From a virus (taxonomy: Duplodnaviria > Heunggongvirae > Uroviricota > Caudoviricetes): a stretch of DNA of 21,476 bases. The notes below the pieces were generated by a model. It saw nothing but the letters and a program-made list of their open reading frames with translations. It was not told the origin of the DNA and did not search any database. The stretch lies in the IMG/VR virus record IMGVR_UViG_2526164632_000013, one strand, 5' to 3'. Shown piece by piece: positions 16,099 to 21,476 of the stretch; position 1 is the stretch's first letter, and each line of letters begins with the position of its first letter. Made by a program: the position numbers and the translations under genes.

Positions 16099-17118
16099 TT
16101 ATCCCCTGAAACCAGGCGGAATTTCGGTATCCGGTTCAGAAATATGATTCACACAACACTGTACAGGTGAACGCCCCAGGCGGATGACCAGGTCGTCCCA
16201 TTTTTCGCGAAGCTTTGACGGGCTCATGATGTTTTTTACCCAGAATGGATCTCGCTGTACCCGACCAAACATTTCGCAAATTTGTCTGTGGCTTCTGCCA
16301 TCCAGCATCCGCATTGTGCGCACGTCATTGGCCCATGCGGTCCAGTTTGGTTCTTTCGGTCGCGTGATCTCGCCATCATCGCTGGCAGCCTGCTCGTAAA
16401 GACTCACGATTCGTCCCCAGATCCACTGTGCGCACGCCAAATCTTCCTGACTTCCCCACTGGCGTTTTTTCGCACTGAACACAACCGCGTCAGGGTGTCG
16501 GGTTAAAAAATCCTGTTCAGCCGTCTGCGGGTCCGGTTGCGAAGCTTCCGGACGAGAAGTGTTTTTATTCTCTGTAGTAATCTCTGTTGTATTCTCTGTA
16601 AGATCATCAGGCCATTTTGACCCGATGACATTGGGTCGTTTTGAACCAATGGAGCGTGCCATTTTGACCTCTTCCATCGTGTCATTTTGACCCGATGGAG
16701 CGGCGCATTTTGACCTGATGGATTCGCTCACTTTGCCACCATCTAAAAGCTCACTCTCGTAATTAATCGTGTAAAAATTAGTCATATCACGCTTTGATTT
16801 GTTGAGCTTTTCGCAACGCAAAAGCCCCAGCGTTTTCAGACTTGCAAATGCGCGTTTTAACGTTGACTCTGACCAGAACGGGAACTGTTCCAGCCATTGT
16901 TCTGTTGTGTTATAAATCCAGCGAACCCCGTCACATTCCATACCGGAACTGGTATCTCTCAACCAGTAATGCAACTGCTGCAACACAATGGCTTCATTTA
17001 AGCCAATCTTCATCGCAAGCTGTGTGTTTATAACCAGTGGGCGTTCAGCAAAAAGAAGGCTCATAATTCCATCCAGCTTTTTGTTGGTATTGCTGACGAT
17101 ACGCATGCTTGAAAGCAA
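16099..17118 (-). CDS. Replication initiator / replisome organiser (lambda O-like) containing the origin iterons
   Basis: 339 aa; N-terminal HTH-like region (PLVINTQLAMKIGLNEAIVLQQLHYWL...TLKRAFASLKTLGLL); central repetitive segment (TENTTEITTENKNT) encoded by DNA repeats; six 23-bp iterons inside the coding sequence. Start uncertain (17118, 17103 or 17064). Confidence 0.75.
   Translation of the reverse strand: MLSSMRIVSNTNKKLDGIMSLLFAERPLVINTQLAMKIGLNEAIVLQQLHYWLRDTSSGMECDGVRWIYNTTEQWLEQFPFWSESTLKRAFASLKTLGLLRCEKLNKSKRDMTNFYTINYESELLDGGKVSESIRSKCAAPSGQNDTMEEVKMARSIGSKRPNVIGSKWPDDLTENTTEITTENKNTSRPEASQPDPQTAEQDFLTRHPDAVVFSAKKRQWGSQEDLACAQWIWGRIVSLYEQAASDDGEITRPKEPNWTAWANDVRTMRMLDGRSHRQICEMFGRVQRDPFWVKNIMSPSKLREKWDDLVIRLGRSPVQCCVNHISEPDTEIPPGFRG
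16611..16740. repeat. Origin of replication iterons: six 23-bp-spaced repeats, core CATTTTGACC
   Basis: Cores at about 16613, 16637, 16660, 16683, 16706 and 16729 (CATTTTGACCC, CGTTTTGAACC, CATTTTGACCT, CATTTTGACCC, CATTTTGACCT, CACTTTGCCACC), flanked at 16741-16815 by an AT-rich stretch; the layout matches ori-lambda inside O. Confidence 0.7.
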
Positions 17119-17566
17119 TAGCTTTTTCTATAAGCTCGTCAGTCTCACGTTCCACAACAGATGGATCCGCAAAAAGCAGCCCGGACTCCACCACATCACC
17201 ATATTCTTTGTTTAACCCGGCGATCATGTACGTAATGCTTTTTCCGTCAGTAATTTCACAATACAACCTGAAATCGCTGATCCGGATAGCCTCCATAATT
17301 GCCGGAATCAGCGCCGTGAATTTTTCCCGCTTATCCCTGGTGTCGATAGCTTTCCAGCGTTCGAATATCTTCACCCGGTTAACGCCCAACGCCCGTTGAT
17401 CAACCTCGCCATCATTAAACGTGACGCGTTGAACATCGATGTTCGGGCGTTCTTTCAGAGCCCAGAATGCTTCCGTGATTAATATCGTCGCCTGCTCCTG
17501 TGTCATTCCTGGTCGGCATACCCAGGCATCCAGAGCCTCACAAACCTGTTCAGGGGTGATTTTCAT
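17045..17566 (-). CDS. Hypothetical early protein (cII-position gene)
   Basis: 173 aa; ATG start overlaps the end of the cro-like gene by 17 nt; family not recognised. Confidence 0.55.
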   Translation of the reverse strand: MKITPEQVCEALDAWVCRPGMTQEQATILITEAFWALKERPNIDVQRVTFNDGEVDQRALGVNRVKIFERWKAIDTRDKREKFTALIPAIMEAIRISDFRLYCEITDGKSITYMIAGLNKEYGDVVESGLLFADPSVVERETDELIEKAIAFKHAYRQQYQQKAGWNYEPSFC

Positions 17567-17777
17567 TGTTCAACCGCCCCGCCCGCTTTGCCTTACGATA
17601 TTCGTCATAAACTTTGGGGTCGTACTGAAGTTCCCCGCCGGATGCCTCTTGCAGGCGCATCGCGCGACCTTCAGGAACCAGTTCCCCCCATGCAGCAACA
17701 CTTGCCAGTTTCACTCCTGCGGCATTGGCAAGTTTTGTTTTGCTGCCAAAAAAAGTAATTGCGTCAACTTTAAGCAT
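17550..17777 (-). CDS. dicC: Cro-like regulator (DicC-like)
   Basis: 75 aa from the ATG at 17777 (a TTG one codon upstream gives 76); GAGGGGG Shine-Dalgarno; divergent from the DicA-like repressor; size as recalled for DicC (76 aa). Confidence 0.75.
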   Translation of the reverse strand: MLKVDAITFFGSKTKLANAAGVKLASVAAWGELVPEGRAMRLQEASGGELQYDPKVYDEYRKAKRAGRLNNENHP

Positions 17778-17780
17778 CAA

Positions 17781-17857
17781 AGCCCCCTCTTGTTAGATAT
17801 TCCTAACAGTAATGTGCGCGGGATACCTAAGTCAAGAAAAATTAGAATTACCTAACT
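17781..17857. promoter_or_regulatory. Divergent dicA/dicC control region with operator-like inverted repeat TGTTAG-N6-CTAACA
   Basis: 77-bp intergenic region between divergent regulator genes; inverted repeat at about 17792-17809; same half-site as the sites downstream of dicA. Confidence 0.5.
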
Positions 17858-18265
17858 ATGGATACAAGAACCCTAGGCCAGCGAGTTCTGGCACGACGAA
17901 AAGAATTACGCCTAACACAACGAGAAGCTGCACGCCTCGCTGGGGTAGCTCACGTCACAATTTCACAATGGGAAAGAGACGAAACCCAACCGGTCGGGAA
18001 GCGGTTATTTGCTTTAGCTGATGCGCTGAAGTGCTCGCCTACATGGCTAATGTTTGGTGACGAAGACAAGGCACCAGTGCCAGCACAAGAACTTCATGTG
18101 GAAACCGAGTTAACTCCCAGCCACAAAGAATTGATCGAATTATTCGATGCTCTTCCCTCCTCCGAGCAGGAAGCCTTACTGTCTGAAATGCGCGCAAGAG
18201 TAGAGAATTTCAATAAACTCTTCGAAGAAATGCTTAAAGCACGTAAAAACAAATCAATAAAATAA
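17858..18265 (+). CDS. dicA: XRE-family HTH repressor (DicA-like)
   Basis: 135 aa; HTH LRLTQREAARLAGVAHVTISQWERDETQP; C-terminal ...SPTWLMFGDEDK...MRARVENFNKLFEEMLKAR resembles DicA as recalled; 135 aa is the size recalled for DicA. Confidence 0.8.
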   Translation: MDTRTLGQRVLARRKELRLTQREAARLAGVAHVTISQWERDETQPVGKRLFALADALKCSPTWLMFGDEDKAPVPAQELHVETELTPSHKELIELFDALPSSEQEALLSEMRARVENFNKLFEEMLKARKNKSIK

Positions 18266-18296
18266 CACTCCTTTCAGATACTTAGATTCCCTCACT

Positions 18297-18355
18297 CTTT
18301 TTGTTAGACCAATCTAACAAAAATACTTGCTACATTTGTTAGGTTATTCTAAATT
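18297..18355 (+). promoter_or_regulatory. Promoter/operator of the dicB operon
   Basis: Perfect palindrome TTGTTAGA-ccaa-TCTAACAA (18301-18320) and a further TTTGTTAG (about 18335-18342) overlapping a sigma70-like promoter TTGCTA-N17-TAAATT (18327-18355), just upstream of the ydfA-like gene. Confidence 0.55.
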
Positions 18356-18432
18356 AATCTCCACCAAGACACCGCACGGTGTTCTCAGCAAACAGTTCCG
18401 CTACCCCGGCGTTAAGGGGAAATGAGGTCAGC

Positions 18433-18588
18433 ATGAATACTATCGATCTTGGCAACAACGAATCTCTGGTATGCGGCGTGTTTCCCAACCAGGACGGCAC
18501 GTTTACCGCGATGACGTATACCAGAAGCAAAACGTTTAAAACCGAAAATGGTGCCCGTCGCTGGCTGGAAAGAAACTCAGGTGAGTGA
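18433..18588 (+). CDS. ydfA: YdfA-like small protein (first gene of dicB operon)
   Basis: 51 aa from the ATG at 18433 (TGAGGT Shine-Dalgarno); size and position match ydfA of K-12 Qin as recalled; sequence MNTIDLGNNESLVCGVFPNQDGTFTAMTYTRSKTFKTENGARRWLERNSGE. Confidence 0.65.
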   Translation: MNTIDLGNNESLVCGVFPNQDGTFTAMTYTRSKTFKTENGARRWLERNSGE

Positions 18589-18589
18589 T

Positions 18590-18718
18590 ATGGATTTCGA
18601 CACAATCATGGAAAAGGCTTACGAAGAATACTTCGAAGGCCTTGCCGAAGGCGAAGAAGCTCTCAGCTTCAGTGAGTTTAAACAGGCGCTTTCCAGCTCG
18701 GCAAAATCTAACGGCTGA
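18590..18718 (+). CDS. ydfB: YdfB-like small acidic protein
   Basis: 42 aa MDFDTIMEKAYEEYFEGLAEGEEALSFSEFKQALSSSAKSNG; ATG 1 nt after the ydfA-like stop (TGATATG); not in the ORF track (under 60 aa); 42 aa is the size recalled for YdfB. Confidence 0.6.
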   Translation: MDFDTIMEKAYEEYFEGLAEGEEALSFSEFKQALSSSAKSNG

Positions 18719-18747
18719 TAAGCGAAGCAGCACCGCGAGGAATCAGT

Positions 18748-18966
18748 ATGCAGAAACGAGAACCCGTCATCATCTCGCCAGACTATACCGATGATGAACT
18801 TTATGAGTGGATGCGCCAGAAAATTAATGCAGCGCAGGATCTGAAATGGGCCAATGAAGCCAGGGCTAAGCAGGCTGAAAATCTGTCCGCTCTGGAGCAG
18901 GATATCACCAGGCTGGAAAAAGCAGCGGCATTAAGCATTGCCAGAATGATTACATACCCGCGTTAA
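18748..18966 (+). CDS. ydfC: YdfC-like protein
   Basis: 72 aa; GAGG Shine-Dalgarno; size and order match ydfC as recalled. Confidence 0.6.
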   Translation: MQKREPVIISPDYTDDELYEWMRQKINAAQDLKWANEARAKQAENLSALEQDITRLEKAAALSIARMITYPR

Positions 18967-19306
18967 TAGCTAACCAACGAAGCTAAGGTTGGTAATTAAG
19001 GAGTTCTCCACGGGTGAGGTGGAGTGCGTGCGCCGGACATGGGTGAGCATCCGGCACTGACAGTTTACTGAAAGGATATTTCCATGAAAAGTCAGACCAT
19101 AACGCGAAAGCGCACGGCGAGGTAGCTGGTTCATAGATAGCCTGTCGTTAAATTTTCGTCGACCGTGCGCTTCCGGTTGTGGCACTCCGCGAAATGGCGC
19201 GGCGGTAAGTATGGCGGGGTTATTCCTTCCCCGTTGAGGACACCGGGTTGTCAGGTTGACCATACGCTTAAGCGACAACCCCGCTGCAACGCCCTCTGTT
19301 ATCAAT

Positions 19307-19364
19307 TTTCTGGTGACGTTTGGCGGTATCAGTTTTACTCCGTGACTGCTCTGCCGCCGTTTTT
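19307..19364 (+). ncRNA. dicF: DicF small regulatory RNA (ftsZ-targeting)
   Basis: TTTCTGGTGACGTTTGGCGGTATCAGTTTTACTCCGTGACTGCTCTGCCGCC followed by GTTTTT matches the 53-nt DicF sequence as recalled; lies in a 570-bp non-coding gap between the ydfC-like and dicB-like genes, as in Qin. Confidence 0.8.
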
Positions 19365-19532
19365 AAAGTGAATTTTGTGATGCGGTGAATGCGGCTGAGC
19401 GCACGCGGAACAGTTAAAACCAAAACAGTGTTATGGGTGGATTCTCTGTATCCGGCGTTAATTGTTAACTGGTTAACGTCACCTGGAGGCACCAGGCACC
19501 ACATCACAAAATTCATTGTTGAGGACGCGATA

Positions 19533-19721
19533 ATGGAAACGTTATTACCAAACGTTAATACGTCTGAAGGTTGTTTTGAAATTGGTGTCACTATCAGTAA
19601 CCCTGTATTTACTGAAGATGCCATTAACAAGAGAAAACACGAACGGGAGCTATTAAATAAAATATGCATTCTTTCAATGCTGGCCCGTTTACGTCCGATA
19701 CAAAAAGGATGCTGGCAATGA
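19533..19721 (+). CDS. dicB: DicB-like cell-division inhibitor
   Basis: 62 aa METLLPNVNTSEGCFEIGVTISNPVFTEDAINKRKHERELLNKICILSMLARLRPIQKGCWQ; GAGGA Shine-Dalgarno; immediately downstream of DicF; 62 aa is the size recalled for DicB. Confidence 0.75.
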   Translation: METLLPNVNTSEGCFEIGVTISNPVFTEDAINKRKHERELLNKICILSMLARLRPIQKGCWQ

Positions 19722-19909
19722 ATACAGCATTTGCACTTGTTCTGACAGTTTTTCTTGTTTCCGGAGAGCCAGTTGATATTGCAGTCAGTGTTCACAGGAC
19801 AATGCAGGAGTGTGTGACTGCAGCAACCGAACAGAAAATTCCCGGTAACTGTTACCCGGTCGATAAAGTTATTCACCAGGATAATAACGAAATCCCGGCA
19901 GGTCTTTAA
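19718..19909 (+). CDS. ydfD: YdfD-like small membrane/lysis protein
   Basis: 63 aa MNTAFALVLTVFLVSGEPV... with an N-terminal hydrophobic segment; ATGA overlap with the dicB-like stop; 63 aa is the size recalled for YdfD. Confidence 0.7.
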   Translation: MNTAFALVLTVFLVSGEPVDIAVSVHRTMQECVTAATEQKIPGNCYPVDKVIHQDNNEIPAGL

Positions 19910-20000
19910 AACAGTTCCGTAATAAACATCCGGTTTCATTCTTATATGCCAGCAATGGCAGGGATTTGTTCACCCTTAAATCTGTAATGAGGTAAAACAA

Positions 20001-21476
20001 AATGAGTAAAGTCTTTATTTGCGCTGCTATTCCTGATGAACAGGCCATAAAAGAAGATAGCGCTGTTGCGGTGGCCACTGCCATTGAAGCTGGTGATGAG
20101 CGTCGCGCACGCGCAAAATTTCATTGGCAATTTCTGGAGCAATTCCCTGCAGCTCAGGACTGCGCTTATAAATTTATTGTCTGTGAGGATAAACCCGGCA
20201 TACCCCGCCCTGCCCTCGATTCCTGGGATGCTGAATATATGCAGGAAAACCGCTGGGATGAGGAGTCTGCTTCCTTTGTCCCGGTTGAGACTGAATCCGA
20301 TCCGATGAACGTCACTTTTGACAAGCTGGCCCCTGAAGTACAGAACGCTGTCATGGTTAAGTTCGACACATGTGAAAACATCACCGTTGATATGGTTATT
20401 AGCGCACAGGAATTGTTGCAGGAAGACATGGCAACATTCGACGGACATATCGTTGAAGCGTTGATGAAAATGCCAGAAGTTAACGCCATGTATCCGGAGC
20501 TTAAGCTGCATGCCATCGGGTGGGTTAAGCATAAATGTAAGCCTGGTGCCAAATGGCCCGAAATTCAGGCAGAGATGCGCATCTGGAAAAAACGTCGCGA
20601 AGGTGAACGCAAGGAAACCGGAAAATACACGTCTGTTGTTGATCTCGCCCGCGCCAGAGTCAATCAACAGCACACTGAAAATTCAACAGGAAAAATCAGC
20701 TTGGTCATTGCTGCCATTCATCGCGAATACAAGCAGACATGGAAAACACTGGATGACGAACTGGCCTACGCTCTCTGGCCTGGTGATGTGGATGCCGGAA
20801 ACATTGACGGCAGCATCCATCGCTGGGCAAAAAATGAAGTTATCGACAACGGCCGCGAAGACTGGAAGCGTATCTCGGCATCAATGCGCAAACAGCCTGA
20901 TGCCCTTCGCTACGACCGCCAGACTATTTTTGGCCTTGTCCGTGAACGTTCGATCGACATTCACAAAGATCCCGTAGCACTGAACAAATATATCTGCGAA
21001 TACCTGACGACAAAGGGCGTGTTTGAGAATGAAGAAACAGACCTGGGCACTGTTGATGTTCTCCAGTCATCAGAAACACAAACTGATGCAGTGGAAACTG
21101 AGGTATCTGATATCCCAAAAAATGAAACCGCGCCGGAAGCTGAACCATCTGTAGAGCGTGAGGGGCCGTTCTACTTCCTCTTCACCGACAAGGATGGCGA
21201 AAAATACGGTCGCGCAAACAAACTTTCTGGTCTGGATAAGGCGCTGTCTGCTGGGGCTACTGAAATCACGAAAGAAGAATATTTCGCCCGCAAAAACGGT
21301 ACATACTCAGGTTCACAACAAAATACTGGTGCATCTGACACGACCGCACAACCAGGGTCAGTAAAAGTTACCGCTGACGAAGTAAACAAAATTATGCAGG
21401 CAGCCAATATCAGCCAGCCTGACGCCGATGAACTGCTTGCAGTATCACGTGGTGAATTTGTTGAAGGGATTAGCGA
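20001..21476 (+). CDS. Large ORF of unknown function (the position ydfE occupies in Qin), 3'-partial; at least 492 codons
   Basis: Translated by hand from the ATG at 20001: no stop to the window end (MSKVFICAAIPDEQAIKEDSAVAVATAIEAGDE ... acidic linker ETDLGTVDVLQSSETQTDAVETEVSDIPKNETAPEAEPSVEREGP ... GEFVEGIS). Absent from the ORF track, presumably because no in-window stop exists. The antisense track ORFs 19942-20673 and 20166-20552 are low-complexity and rejected. Confidence 0.7.

Noticed and set aside
16611-16740. Regularly spaced repeats that could be mistaken for a CRISPR array
   Set aside because: 23-bp period with no unique spacers, located inside the replication-initiator coding sequence and followed by an AT-rich region: iterons of a lambdoid origin. 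No cas genes are present.
19268-20673. Track minus-strand ORFs 19268-19939 (223 aa) and 19942-20673 (243 aa), plus 20166-20552
   Set aside because: Cys-rich and low-complexity translations that lie antisense to better-supported plus-strand genes (dicB-like, ydfD-like and the long ORF from 20001, which have proper starts, Shine-Dalgarno sequences and coupling overlaps).

Overview
This window looks like the late-to-early segment of a Qin-type lambdoid prophage from an Escherichia/Shigella-like genome, with most genes on the minus strand. Nothing was computed or searched; all calls come from reading the sequence and recalling protein families. Reading from high to low coordinates: a DicA-repressed dicB operon on the plus strand (ydfA/B/C-like, DicF sRNA, dicB, ydfD, then a large ORF running off the window end that the ORF track omits); the divergent dicA/dicC pair with TTGTTAG operator palindromes; an O-like replication initiator with six 23-bp ori iterons inside the gene; a visibly AT-rich island carrying a standalone SIR2-like gene followed by a 29-codon hydrophobic ORF; a hok-type toxin locus; rem-like, DUF968, rusA and Q-like genes; a moron block (small ORF bracketed by terminators, orphan beta-class DNA methyltransferase, tRNA-Ile/Arg/Arg, NanS-p-like esterase, no stx); a lysis cassette (S21-like pinholin, SAR endolysin, Rz/Rz1) with four tiny hydrophobic ORFs between R and Rz; a lambda-like cos region and small terminase; and a large-terminase gene cut after about 170 codons by an IS66-family element that also abuts a second IS66 transposase fragment. 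The best candidate for an undescribed system is the SIR2-like island (possibly with the small downstream peptide); the tiny ORF cluster between R and Rz is second.
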